Both the position numbers and the translations under genes were made by a program. A DNA stretch of 50,944 bases from Paraglomus brasilianum (taxonomy: Eukaryota): positions 1 to 50,944 of the forward strand of contig CAJVPI010000128.1 of NCBI GenBank assembly GCA_910592345.1. Direction: 5' to 3'. Below the pieces are notes generated by a model. The model was not told where the DNA came from and did not search any database. It saw only the letters and a program-made list of their open reading frames with translations. Of the stretch, positions 25,807-39,410 are shown one piece after another; within the stretch, counting starts at the first letter, position 1, and every line of letters begins with the position of its first letter.

Positions 25807-28736
25807 TCCTTGGCATTGTCATTGGGAACGCTTGGATGCACAGTACTCATTGTTCTTTATTTTTATGTCATTTGCACATGATGAAAAGTCAAAATCCGGC
25901 CAATATTTTATAATCCAGACGGAATAGGCGACAAAATAAGCTGCTTTAGTGTCTTCTCCAATTACATATGACGTGCTCAAATGACCTCACTTGTGCGATT
26001 ACCCCCCAGTTTCCAACGCATTCATCACATATCACTCTCTCTAGAATAGTCGCACAACTTGGCTTTATTTGACCCGCATCCAAATACTTCACGCGACAAT
26101 CATTCGGCACCTACATACAGATCGACACGAAATTACAAGAAAAGCCAAGTGAGATCGTCAGATGTGTGTGGAGATAAATACCATAGTTGGAAAGCGGAGA
26201 AATAAAAGCGGTATGTTATAGATGTGTAATTAGCTTGGCTGTTAAATAAGGCATTTTGTTACTCACCCAGTACGACTCTCTGCCTATAATTAACCTTGCA
26301 ATCACGGTGCTATAATAAAAGCCTTCCCGTTTATGGAAAGGTGTTTTTTTCCAAGATCGTTCGTGCTGGCATGTGATATGTCAAAGAGATTGCTATTCGA
26401 CGATGACACAAGTATTCATATTGGGTTAGTCCAAACCCTGGCAGTCAACTTATTATGATTGACCGATTAAAAACGTCAATTAAACTCTTACATTAATGTC
26501 TGCCAATGAATTCAGAATCCAGAACTCGTCGACAAACTAAGAAATATCATTGGTTCAACTTTTTTATAACAAAAATAGATTCCACCAATAAACTTGGTTA
26601 TTACCTTCACTTTCAAAGAAATAGCGAATTTAAATTTCGAAAAAATGGCATGTGCGAAAATAAAGCGAATATATTCATGAAAGACATGCTTGCACAAGTT
26701 CTTCTGTTTGTCAAGGTGTGTGGGATATGAATTGTGCTTTTTTCTATCAGTAAACGTTACCATACGTTTGCCTTCGTCTTATGTATAAAGCTTTCTTGGG
26801 AAATTCAATTGGTGCCATGCTCTTTCGGGTTGCTTATCTGATATCTTGTTATGAATTGATAACATTAAGTTTATTTACCGCACAATTCATAAGGACGCGT
26901 AGAATCAAATATGCGGCGTAACACAGGTAGTGATCAGATGTTAAGGGTAAACATGCAACTTACACGACAGAAGCAAGTACGCAGGCAAGTTTAATGTTTA
27001 AACAGCTTCTCAGAGATATCCCGAAAATATTGAGATAAAAGTTTACACCATATGTATGTGTACGTATATTATCTTCAGTGATGACCCGATAAGATTAAGC
27101 CCCACACATCTCAAAAAGATTGTTCACTGTATGCTTAACATTTGCTCCCTAGCAAAACAGTATATAGTACATCTATACGTAGCAAAAATCTGAGACAATA
27201 CCCTTTATTTATTCGTATTTCCACCACACGGGTGTTTGTTGAAGAACATTGGTAACAAAAATTTTTTCTACACTCGATACTTTTATGATCCTAGCACTAG
27301 CGTTCTGAAGACGCTTCCTGAGACTTCCGGCGAAAAATACCAAGTAGCTATAGATGGGGTTGACGAGTTTGAACCGGTTTCTATTAACTACTTGGATGAA
27401 TCATTAACTACTTGGATAAATCAACACTGCAACGTTAACCAAGCGCCCGATCATTCCCTACGGTTTGCGGTATCGCCTCGTCTTTATTCCAATTATCCAC
27501 AATGGCTACCCTTATTATTTTAGAAATTGAGAACTTTTCCTGTTGTTATGTCTTAATATTAAAGGTTTAACGAGACCATACAAAAATGCGCTTAAATTAC
27601 TCGATCTTGACCTCAGACATGCATGATTTTACCCTTCTTGGCAGATGAACATAAACTCTGAAATCTTATTTTTAACGGGTCTGGTGGATTTGTCAAGAAT
27701 TTACGAGTGGGCTTGTTCGGTCATATTTAAATTCGCTGCTGTCATGGTCAACATATCTTGTCACTACGACATTAATGGCAAGATGGCATACTAAAAGTCG
27801 ATTGCATATTAGTAAAGTAAAACTATAATTGTCAGGAAAGGCGTTTGTGCATATGACACCTGCTGCAGTAATTATAGCGAGACGTTTAATAATGCAAGTC
27901 ATTATTATCAATTTAAACAGCCGCATGTTGCTTACTCTAAAGAACTAAGCATCATAAAGTACTTTAGGTTCATCATTTAAATCCTTTTATCTTTTAACCT
28001 ATCGATCTATATATCTCTACTACACTTTACCATCGTTGCTATCTCCAGTAATTGAAAGTATGCCTCGGAGAATCGAAGCGAAAATCTATTGAGAGTTCGT
28101 AACTGAGGCTTATTACAAATACACTTGGGTTTTCTTGGCAAGTAATATTAATGTAACAAATCGGATTAAATATGTCTTCGTTGTAATATTTCGAGTCAAT
28201 TATTTGTATACGACGTATATGAATGCCTTACCACAATTTGAATACTACAATTAGTAGGAGAGAGAAAATACGAACGTTTCAAATCAACATATCGAAGATT
28301 TATCGTATTTCTTAATTATCGTTATATTCCTTCGATTAAGTATTAAATGGTGTGACATATCGATCGTGGTACGGGATGTCATATGATCTGTTAGTATTAG
28401 GAAAATCCTATACCACCGATTGTGCCAAATTTGGTAACTTCATAACAATTGCATTCTCATCTTTCTTTCTGTCAAAGTAGCTCCCGTATGATTTATGATT
28501 GATGCTTATTCGCGTTTTTTCGCGTTCACTATCATTGCATGTCTGCCACACCTCGTAGTGTAAAATTTTTATTTGACTAGTCAAAGAGTTCGCATAGAGT
28601 ATGTTTACAAGTGGATTTTCGTACCACTCGCATAAAATTATCGTTATCGCCCGATATAATTGGAGCATCATTCAATTCCGCAGTTTATAAAGAGATAGTC
28701 ACATGGCCAAATCCTCGCAATGTCATCTTTGAAAGA

Positions 28737-31700
28737 ATGAATATCTGGCCGACTGCAAACGCAGAACAGATTTATTCTTGGTCGGAACCTGCGACCAGGA
28801 CTGAATTAAACGACGCGCTTGAAGAAAAGGTTACCAGTACAAAATGTGTGAAGTTGAACTCGGCCTTGAATGCATTGACTGCTTCGCCAGACTACAGTCG
28901 TGTTGCCTTTGCTGCCCGTGAAGGTATTGTTTCTGAAATATCATTTAACGGTTCAGAATCTCTAAGATTTGCTTTATATTAAACGTGGATTCTAAATTGA
29001 AGGGTTGAAAATATTAAACATCAACGAAAATGATAACATGGAAGAGTTGATTTTTAGAGTTAGCCCTCGGCATAAATTTGGATTGAATGATGTAAAATGG
29101 GGCAACGCAGGTAAGCTTAAAAGCGGAATTAAATGGAAATAGAGCTGGCTTACTTGGTATTTTGCGTTGAACACGCACCAGAGACAAAATGCGCAAAATG
29201 CCTTATTGCTCTAGTTACTGACTCGTAACGATGCACCAGCCACTCGACAGAAAGTAGCAGGCGCAGGCAATACCGTAAACACTGGCATCGTAATATGGGA
29301 TCTTGGCGGATCAAAACCAAAGGTTGGTGAGTATTCAATGTGACAAAGATACTATCTGTCTGATCAAATTCTTGCACTGTATATCCATCCTGCATCACGG
29401 CTATTGACGTAAATTCTCGCCCGAATTAGAGAGAATTATCACGGAACACACTCAAGTAGTCAATAAAATATGTTTCAATCCTACAAATGGCCATTACCTT
29501 CTTAGTGCTTCGCACTCATCAACTATGAAGTTATGGGATTTAAGAACACGTGATCAAGCGACCATGACGTTTGAAGGTAGATCGGACGCTGTACGTGACG
29601 TGCAATTCAATAAATTAAATTTCAACGAATTTGTTGCTGCTTTCGATACTGGGATAATTCAAGTGAGTGTTCTGACTCATTAAGACGTTAATCAATGCTT
29701 GACAAATTAGACTCGAATTTTAATATGTTTGTCAATAATTTATCAAGAAATGGGATATAAGAAGGCCAAACATGTTTGAAAGAAGAATCAATGCTCATCT
29801 CGGCGCAGCTCTCGCAGTCGACTGGCATCCGGATGGGCATCATATAGCCAGTTGCGGACGCGACAGGAAAATTAAAGTAAGTCTATTCACTCCCATTCAC
29901 GTACCGCAATTACAATCTTGGGTTTCAAGCAATGCAATATCAATGCTCTTATACGTCTTAGGTATGGAGCGGGCGTAAAATTGTGCATTCATTCTCGACC
30001 ATTCAAGGCGTCTCTCATATTCAGTGGAGGCCGGATCATCCCGATGAAATTGCTTCATGCTCGATGAGCTCGGATTGTAGGATATTTATCTGGGATGTGA
30101 GAAAGCCATATGTTGCGAGTTGCTTTTTTGAGGAACACGAAGATACACCGACTGGTAATGCGATTTGTATTTTTTGAATGAATGCTTGCCTATTTACATG
30201 TGATCGATTTATAATACGGTTTTCCATTTGTTTCAGGTTTCTTGTGGAAAGACTCGGACGTCTTGTGGTCTTCGTCGAAAGACAAACTTTTTATTCAGCA
30301 AAATGTCCGAGTAGCATACCACACTTCAAAGTTAATGAGCAAAAGTGCTGTTGGATGGAACGTATACGGCGGAATGGCCTTTGCCTTGGATAAGACTGCT
30401 ACCGAGTGAGTAGACTAACCCGCATTTAATCGACAGTGTATCAAGAGATTTATTAATTAATTTAAATATACAAGAAACAAACCTAATATGGCACATAATG
30501 GGCTATCTCGGCGTGTATCAAAGTCTCACTTGTCTGGTTTCGGTGAAGTAAGTAATGAGATATCACTCGGCCTGTTTTAAAATCAGGCGTCGCTTCTAAT
30601 GCAAGTTGACACGTATGTTAATTCCAAACCAGCCCGACAAATTATACCAAAAAGCCGGGATGTTTAGTTCAGTATTCGATCACAAGGCATTCAGATATCT
30701 TACCGATAAGTATGTGCTTGAAGCGGACAATATTGCTGCCGTTTGCGAAGAGAACGCAAAGGTACGATGTATAAATTGGCGGATTCTGTCAATGCACTAG
30801 CTGCTCGTAGTCTTACTCACCAATTCAAATTTTAGGCTGCATTGGATGTGCAAAGATATAAGACATCACAAACATGGAAAATGGTAGGGCTTTTATTCGG
30901 ACGGACGACGTCAACCAGAACTGAAGAGAATGAGATTCAAGAAAATATCGGTTAGTGCTAGTACTGTCTTCAGGTTACGCGAATATACCGGTCATCTGAC
31001 TACTTATAACTGCAGAAGAGGCTCAAGTAGAAGGAAAAGATAAAGAAGTTATAGGAGAGCAAATACAACCGATCCCGCCTGATATTGTAACTGCCGCGCA
31101 AACCGATTCAAAGGAGACTGAGATTATAAATGAAGACGTTGCACTCGACGCTGCAACCGATGATCTCAATGTACAACACTTTTCTCTCACTGAATAGCTT
31201 GATTTAATGAATCGAGTACTTTTTTTAATTGTTGTTTCTGCTCACCCATTTGCCTAGCACGACGACTCCGCGTCGGAATCAGGAGAAAGCGTAGAATATT
31301 CAATTGAAAAAGAAATTATTCCAGAAGAAAATCCCCCATCACCTCCGGTGAGCAAGGTCAAAATGACAGCTGTTATAAGGGCTTGGGATCATGAGCCTGT
31401 GATACAAAGCGTCCTGGATTATTACGCAGAGCAGGTAGGAAAAGTTTGTGAGTGGTTACGAATGTGGTGTTTGAGAAGAATGCAAGATAAAAAGTTTACA
31501 GAGAGTAGTTACAATAGTTAATGAGGATCGAAAGATATATGCAAAAGGTCTAACTCGAATATTGTGTAGGCGGATGTTCAGATGTGTGTTTCATTGGTGC
31601 TCGTGCTTGGCGATCGGATAAACGTCAGTCGGGAACGCAAAGAACCGTGGTTTTGTGCATATATTGGTAAGTATAAAGGTATCGTTAAGGAATTCATTCG

Positions 31701-32256
31701 TATTGTTATCGATAAACTTACACGTTCTCTTTGAAAAGAATTACTTCAGCGGTTTCAGCTTTGGACAGCGGCTGCGACTGTGATTTCATTATGTGATATT
31801 CCGTCTATAAGACAAATGAACCAGGTTTGGAGATAAGCATTATATATGTCCAAGAAAAATGATCCTGTTAACTCATTTTCTTTCGATCATCACTTATTAG
31901 GAGTCTACTACAATATACACGAATTGTAATAGTTGCGGAAAAGCCTTGACCTCAAAGAATGGGGGGTTCTGGTCTTGCGAAAAATGCCGCAAACTATTGA
32001 GTTCTTGTTCTATATGGTTTGGCTCTTTCCAGGCGTTGTTATGATGCTCGCTTCTTAAATATACTTGTTCGCCTGTTAACTCACGCATATTCTCTTTACC
32101 ACTTGTAGTCATACTACTGTTAAAGGTCTCTACGCATGGTGTCAAGGTTGCAGTCACGGCGGACATCTTGCATGCATGCAAAAGTGGTTTAAGAACGGGC
32201 TTGAATGCCCGACTGGATGCGGACATAGATGCGGTCCAAAAATAACACGTCCATAA
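28737..32256 (+). CDS. RTC1: GATOR2/SEACAT subunit WDR24 (Sea2/Rtc1), WD40 repeats plus C-terminal zinc finger/RING
   Basis: WD40 repeats ([59 protein letters not shown]), DVQMCV motif, and C-terminal CNSC...CEKC...[30 protein letters not shown]...CPTGCGHRC. Start codon inferred. Confidence 0.92.
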
Positions 32257-33962
32257 TATCAACTTTACTAACTGCAGTTGCTTGAACTTAATAGAGATGT
32301 AACCGGATTGTATAATCACCTCTTCCCGCGTTTAATAATAATGGGGAATGGTAATAGTTGGATAACTACTTAATATATTTAATTTATGTATAAATAATTT
32401 CGGTGTATCTTAGCTTTGGCCAACATTTTCTTGTAAATTTTAATAAATACTTTGGCTGATGCGTGTTACTCGTTATATAAATTGTTCTTTACGTCTTGGA
32501 TGTGTTGATGGGCATAACCTTCAGCTTGTCAGCAGTCAGCGCCAATTTTTCCGAATAAGTTCAAAAGCACGATTATTACTATTATTGGCACTGAAACTAT
32601 TGACTTGGCAGCAATCAAAGATTAAAAAGACAACAGATAAAGCAAACAAGACAAGACTGATCGAGGCGTCTTGAACATGTTTGGTCAAGTGTCCAATTAT
32701 AACTTTTTTATTATACTTTATATGCCGATATAAAATCCAACAAATTTCTTATATCGAAAATTCTTATTATGTCAGCAAAAAGTTTTTTATAAATCAGAGC
32801 TACTTGCGGAATATATTAATATGTGCTTGCCTGCCAAAATTACATGCCAATCACACGTAGAGAGAGAGAATCGCTCATAGCAAATGAATAAAATAAAACA
32901 TTACTAACCTTTAGAAACCGTTCTAACGCTGCTCTCTGCTATGGATACTAGAAACTCTTTGCGATACAAAACAAAATATCTTCATCATTGTTCATCTTTT
33001 GATGATGCTTGCCTTCAGCAACTGCGCAAAGTGCTTATGGGCTCCCACGAATGTGACAGAGATTGCAACCACCCGGAGGTGGAGGTGGTAACAGGAAGAT
33101 GGTAGTAATGGGGGAACCACACCGTCAGTGCTGTATATGTATAGACCTCTGTGTGTATAACACTCATACTCATACTTACCTGTTCGTGGCCCTTGCCTAT
33201 ATAAAGAGTAAAAGTAAATTGGTGAGTCGTGACTAGCTATTACGAGACGCGGAAGTAATAGACATGTCTTCAGTCTTCATCTCTACGTGTGTTGGGAGTC
33301 GAGTCGAGTAGAAGGTAATAAGTGTCACAGTCATCAATATTTTATACGTATCCTGCGAATGACGTTGACATGACACGTCAGAAAGTAGTACATAATATCA
33401 TTCGCAGGTTGCACGTCACGTTGTCTGAAGCATATCGCGAGGAACTTTTATTCACAACGAATAAATAATAATAACGAGTTTGTTAACCCGCCGCTTCGCT
33501 GACGGTCTAACTGCATACGTGTAGCATGTAACCGTCAATAATGCGTAATTTACAGAGCATAACGACGGAAATAAACTATTAAACACTATAATCATTCCTC
33601 CTATATTAATATTATATAACCTTTGATTCAGGCAAAAAGACAATCTACTCAATCACCAAAGAGGCCAAAATTCAATGAGGGAGGAATGGGGTGGTCTCGA
33701 AAAAGGTTTATAGTTAACAATGAAAAACCGAGTTCAAGCATGTATTGAAGCTGGAAGAGGCCATACTAGGTATTAAGTCGATGTGTAACTTTGATCAATC
33801 AACCATCTCTGATTTTTCTCCTCAATGTGATATGGAATTTATTATACATGCATGGTACAACTTACTAGACTAGATATTCTTTTGTAATTCAAACGACGAT
33901 ATTCGAAATTGCATACTATCCTGCATCATACCTGAATACTCAAAGTATTTCATCGTCATGTT

Positions 33963-34515
33963 ATGGCAATTCCACGTAAACCACGCACAGTATTCACTCA
34001 AGAACAAGTCGCTATCCTCAGACAAAAATTTGCGGAAGGCATGATCAACCACTACAAAGTGACTCTGATCGCCTTAATATTCAAACAGTTAACGTATGTG
34101 AGATTACTAACCCGCCTTTTCTCCAAAAAATCAACTTGTACTGATAATAGATATTTCTAGATTAGCAGTAAGACAATTACTTCTTTGCAGATAACACAAG
34201 CCTGCCACATCAAAAAATGTAACGAATCCTCAGACACGCATTCCAACAGTGCGTTCTTCAGGTTATTCAAAAGTCGATGGTAATTAGTCTTGTCTTATTG
34301 CCTTTTTTTTTTTTTTTTAGATCTGCAACGTGTCAAAACTCCCAGCGAGCGAGACAAACGAACTTGCAGCCATTAATATTAATGAGTATTGTTAGGAACA
34401 CACGGAAGTCATTGAAGAAAATGAATCGGGTTGCTGGATATGCATGGAATAACCTAAGTGCCAGCGAAAAAATCGTCATAAGGAACGGGCCAATCAGTTG
34501 ACCCAAAAATTATAG
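33963..34515 (+). pseudogene. Decayed gene with N-terminal homeodomain and C-terminal HMG box
   Basis: RKPRTVFTQEQVAILRQKFAEGMIN (homeodomain N-arm and helix 1); possible helix 3 relic LNIQTVN|...*ISSK; then KRTCSH*..NEYC*E and MNRVAGYAWNNLSASEK..RHKERANQL (HMG helices). Multiple stops and frameshifts. Confidence 0.6.
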
Positions 34516-35073
34516 TAAACAATGCAAATTTATTATGCAAAGTATTAGTATTAGCTTGTAGGCTCACAAAAATTATATTGCGGAAAATGACATTAGACAA
34601 AATGTGATCATACTAATACAATTAGTTGAAATTCACAAAGTACTCAACTTTCTGTTAATAGCAGATTTTAACGCTTGGTAATCACTATGGATTAATCGAT
34701 TACATAAAGTAACAAAGAAGGGCTTTCAGTATTGCTTTCTGTTACAGAGCTCCTTTACGAAAGACCCTACGATGAAACTTATTATAAAGCCACCAAGTTA
34801 ATACCATTGAAATCATCCAATTAAACTTTGAATAACGTTTCTATCGGCATCCTTCGCGTCTAAAATGAAAACTTGGAGAATAGGCCGTAACCGACACAGC
34901 TCTTTCAAGAAGTTCTTAAACGTAAATGTTACATGTGTATGATAGTTATGTAATTTCTCATGGCATACTGCATGCAATATGACAGTATTTAATAGTTTGA
35001 TCAGTGTTTTTTATGCTCGTAGCATCCCTCCATAGTCTTTCAAACACACCCAATCCCACGATATCCCAAATAC

Positions 35074-36422
35074 TTAACAATATGGCCCAAAGTGAATATC
35101 CCAGATATATAAATGTACAGTCATATCGTAAAATAATGTCCAGTCAGCACAATCGACTTCTTTGCCTTCGAAATCTTCACAATCATAAACCTCCTTCTTG
35201 TTTCTCACCCATATCTCGTGACTGTTGTGCATGAATCCAACGTCAGCTGGTGGTAGATGAGCAACTAGATCGTTTTGATGCACCATCCTTATGATAGCAG
35301 AAGAATTGATGATGTCAGAGTATATATGCGATAAAATTGAAGAGTATATGGTAACACAAATGTAAACAAATGATGTTATAGCTAGCGTCATAAAGCACGA
35401 TATCATTACTGTGGCACCGTACCTTGCTACGGTGTGATTAAGTCCGCCAGTCTTCACAAAAAATTCTTGCTTTAAAATATAAGCAAAGATATCATTGCCG
35501 ACGCGTGGCTGTCCAAACGTTATCACTTTAATTCTGAAAGGTTGTCCACGTATTTCACTATTTATTATTGGATTTAAAATATTCCTCTTCACGTCGACTG
35601 CCAACAACGTGGCCAATGCACCACCCTACCAACAGTATAGGTTTAGCCATAAAATTTTGATCGCAAATAATCCCGTGTTAAGCCATCTTACCAATGAGTG
35701 TCCAGAAATTATCAAGTTATATCCTGCATACTTTGAGTCTTCCCTTGCCATGAGATAATTAATTTTCCAAAGAAGCATATCAGATACTCCTTTGTATGTT
35801 TCGTAAAATCCGCTATGGACGAGAGCACCTAACAAACAGAGACAACAAGAATCAGTTACAGTTATTATCAATCATGAGTTTAATGTCTTTTCAATGCTCA
35901 CCATCTGCACCAGGATACTCATAATCCAGAGTAGCAAATTGCAAATTATACACCCAATTCATCAGATCTAGACTCCTAATAGACAGGTACCATTAAACTG
36001 TATCAACCGTCATCACATATCCACAACAACCGCCTCTCCTTTCTCCTGATCCTTGTTCGCACTTACCCTCTGAAAGCCACTATGATCTCCTTAGCTTCCT
36101 GCCTAATGCCCACGTACCCATATGCCCCTTTAACTCTATCATGAAATATCGTATCAACGACCACATCTCCAACACATCTTTTTTTACAATTCCACTCCTT
36201 CAAATGTGGCTTGTGACAATATGCTGCCGCAGCATACAAAAGGCCAACCTTTAGCTCATCCAGAAACTCACTACTCTCGTTAATGAGCAGTCTCGGCTTC
36301 TCTGCTGACATTGGTTTGGATAGCTCTTCAGTTGCATACTCGTGAGCTATGTTTCTGAGCGAGTATATTAGAAGAGTCGTCAAGAGAACAAGTAGAAGCG
36401 TAAGTTTGAAGGATGTCAGCAT
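35074..36422 (-). CDS. Class 3 (Rhizomucor-type) lipase with N-terminal signal/anchor, 5 exons
   Basis: YAAAAYC, EIIVAFRGS, VHSGFY, nucleophile GHSL|GGA, TFGQPRVGN, RMVHQNDLVAHLPP, HLYIW; hydrophobic N-terminus. Confidence 0.94.
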
Positions 36423-38318
36423 CTTAGAGACGTCTTAGATCTTGTGATCATTCCCAACTCCTTTTGCTTCTTTTAACGTAGAAAGCGATAACGGATTGTT
36501 AAAGAAATCGAACAGAGCATCTATGATCTTATGATACCACGCGAGGTAATCATTTCCAATTAGAGCAAACGTCCATGTGCTTGGGAAAAGGAGGCCAGAA
36601 ATGGTATAAACTACGTCAATTTTTGATCGATTGGAGTATTCGGAATTTTAATATTAACACGACGTGTCGGGCGTGATAGTTGTTTCTTTAATATTAACAA
36701 CTTGACATACGAAATACAGAGAGCTTTGCCAGATTAAGTCAACGTTTTAGAAACCTTTCGACTTTGAAAAAGTACTTTTGGATGTCGCTGGGGACAGAAG
36801 GGCGGTTTCCAGAGAATGCTTTCTACGAGAATTGGAAGATGTTAATTACACAGGTGTCACAAACAAAGATCTCCTCCTGCATCTGCCCACTAGGATTTAA
36901 TTTATGTTTCCGCGCTTACTAACTATTACTATTCTACAATCAACATTTTGTTGGTTGAATCTAATTCGCTCTACTTCGAACTAACCGAGAAGGCCATTTA
37001 ACAGTACAAACTGCGAAGATGAAATTGCATTTTTTACGCAGTGACAAGAATCTTTTTATCCTTATTTGCCAATCGTGAGAACAATTGGTATGATTGTTCT
37101 CACATATTAATATTATTAATATAATAACGCCATCCGTAAAAATGTGATAGTTACATTACTTACCAAAAGAGATGTATTAGAATAATAAACACCGAGTCGA
37201 GTTCTTTTCCCAGGGCCTTATGTATACAGTATGTTAATATTAAACGACAAATCAGTCATAATCAAAGTTGGTTGTTTGCTAATGCATTCATTATGGTGTT
37301 CTTAATAAAGAGGTGTAGCCTATTGTTATTATCGCATTACTGGATTAATGAGAATTTAATCCCAGCTTAACACGCGTTGAGAGAATGTACACAATTATAA
37401 TTTTTAAGCGATTCACTATACCCATCTGGAACATGCTACAGCAAATGTATAAATTTTACTCTGTTTCCTTTACATGTATATACGGCAGACTTTTTGATGT
37501 CGGCACACTGATAGAAATAACGCATTCTTGCAGGTTTTCTTGAGTCGATATGTAGCTTCCCAACATGAATGGAGCTTAGTGTTTTCGACACGCAACGATT
37601 ACGTACACGCCAGGACTAGCTTAGAACGTTAATCTTAAGACATTCATACTGGACAATAAACATGTAGGAATGGAAATGCCTTCTGTGACATAGGGTTTGG
37701 AAGATTAAACAAGTACCTGAATTTGAACGTAAAGTCGAAGATAAAAATGCATTGCGTTGTAGAGATAGGCATATATTAGTATATTTATTTGAATCATGAG
37801 TGGGCGACTCTTGGCCTCGCCTGTTTATATGTAAGATCAATGATTAATCAAAAATCCGTTAACGTGTTATTTACTCCAATCAAACCGGTTAGTTCAAAAA
37901 TGCGAGTGGCGGATAAGATGCACGTTTATATTAATATGCAAAAACAGTAAAAGGGGGAAAACGTTAATTCTCTAGCGACAAAGCCCGCACCGTGCACTTT
38001 CTATTTATCTAATTTCAAAGGTGTCCCTTTGCAGGAGAATAATTTAGATCTCGGTTTATTCATCTTTACAATAAACTCTTTTGTATTCATCAATGATTTT
38101 GATGCTTTACACAGTATACCATTTATACGAAAACAATCATGACAATACAGGCCCAGTCTTAATATGGTATTACACTATAATGTGTAAAAAGTTTCATATT
38201 CCTTATTGCGTAGATAACATCAGCAGATAGTGGTATATATTGCCCTTAAAATTCACTTGCCACCAATTGTTAACATTAAGTCTTCTGGTGGGCTCGAATC
38301 TTCCAGTTCCATCTCCCG

Positions 38319-38600
38319 TTAGCTTCGTCGTGGTGATGACTTCGCAAGTAGGGCTACTTTTACATCTTCTTTTCCATCGTCGTCATTCTTCTTCTTAGAC
38401 TCGTACTTGTAATTTGGGTACTTCTTTCGATGTACTATTCTTGCCAATTCGGCAATTTTAAAAAGCTGGTTTACACGGGGCTCTTCATTCTCCCGCTTCT
38501 TTAGAATACAGCTTTTAGCGTATCCCTTACCGTCGTACTTTTCCTCCAGCTTTATTATGCTTTTTTTTTCGTTGCGGTATACTTGCGGTTTTTGGTTTAA
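38319..38600 (-). pseudogene. MATA_HMG-type HMG-box pseudogene
   Basis: Minus strand SKKRENEEPRVNQLFKIAELARIVHRKKYPNYKYESKKK matches the MATA_HMG C-terminal pattern (W.NE..V...F...A....H...YPNYKY). The conserved Trp is replaced by Arg (CGG), and helix 1 (VYRNEK) lies upstream, separated by frameshift(s) and stops. Confidence 0.75.
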
Positions 38601-39410
38601 TAGACGTCATAACCTTTTCTTCTTTTACTCTTCCATCTCTTTCACCGTTTTCCACTTTTTTTGCCGCATCCAAATTTCGACGATACATTAATCCATTCGT
38701 TGGTATGTGACTGTCGTTGAGTTGGCCTTCAATTGTTTGTCGGTCATGTGATACTCAATGATGTAATCGGACGTCACTTGACTTCGTTCATACTCATTGT
38801 AATTGATAGCTTTAAGTTTGACTTAACCAAATTAATTCATTGCTTACTATTACGCATTGTTAATTTCTCTGTCAGTTGACGATCGCTGTAAATACTAGAT
38901 TTTATATTTCCAACTTCAATTGCGTGCAAGTATTGGCCGATATATCGTTCACTGGGCAATATCTTATTCGATCTTGGATTTTTGTTCATAGTAGCTAAGA
39001 GAGATTTTGTGGGTCTTGGCTAAGAGATTACCAGGAGCAACTATTGCGCTGGCGAGTTTAACGTTTGCGCGATATTTCGCAAAACATAACTTAATCTAGT
39101 AATGATTGGATGAGCACAGTATAATTTAGTACTAGTATAATTTAGTGACGAAAGTAACTTGGATAGTAAACGAAATCAGCTCAACAATAAACGTCTTCAT
39201 AGAACTGACCAATCATAAAACAATATTATAGAACACGTGAACGAAAACTACTGCGCTTAGCCCTTTTTGGTATTAAATGTCCAATCAAGTGAGAGTCTTT
39301 GGCGCACCCACCTAAACGCTTCCACCCGTATTAGTATTCCGTTTCCACCTTCTAACAGAGTGTAATATTTAACATAGACAATACATTAATATCATTAATC
39401 ATCAGTAAAG

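Noticed and set aside
28539..28736. Upstream ATG in frame with WDR24 but separated by a single TAG (28578-28580)
   Set aside because: The extension has no recognisable conservation and contains the promoter-like GTCACATG. ATG 28737 is the simpler start, and there is no support for readthrough.
33172..33182. ATACTTACCTG, the U1 snRNA 5' end
   Set aside because: No U1 stem-loops or Sm site follow; it is the reverse complement of a consensus donor.
33963..38600. Mating-type locus
   Set aside because: Both transcription factor genes are broken, there is no HD1/HD2 pair, and the flanking genes are not those known from Glomeromycotina or Mucorales mating loci.
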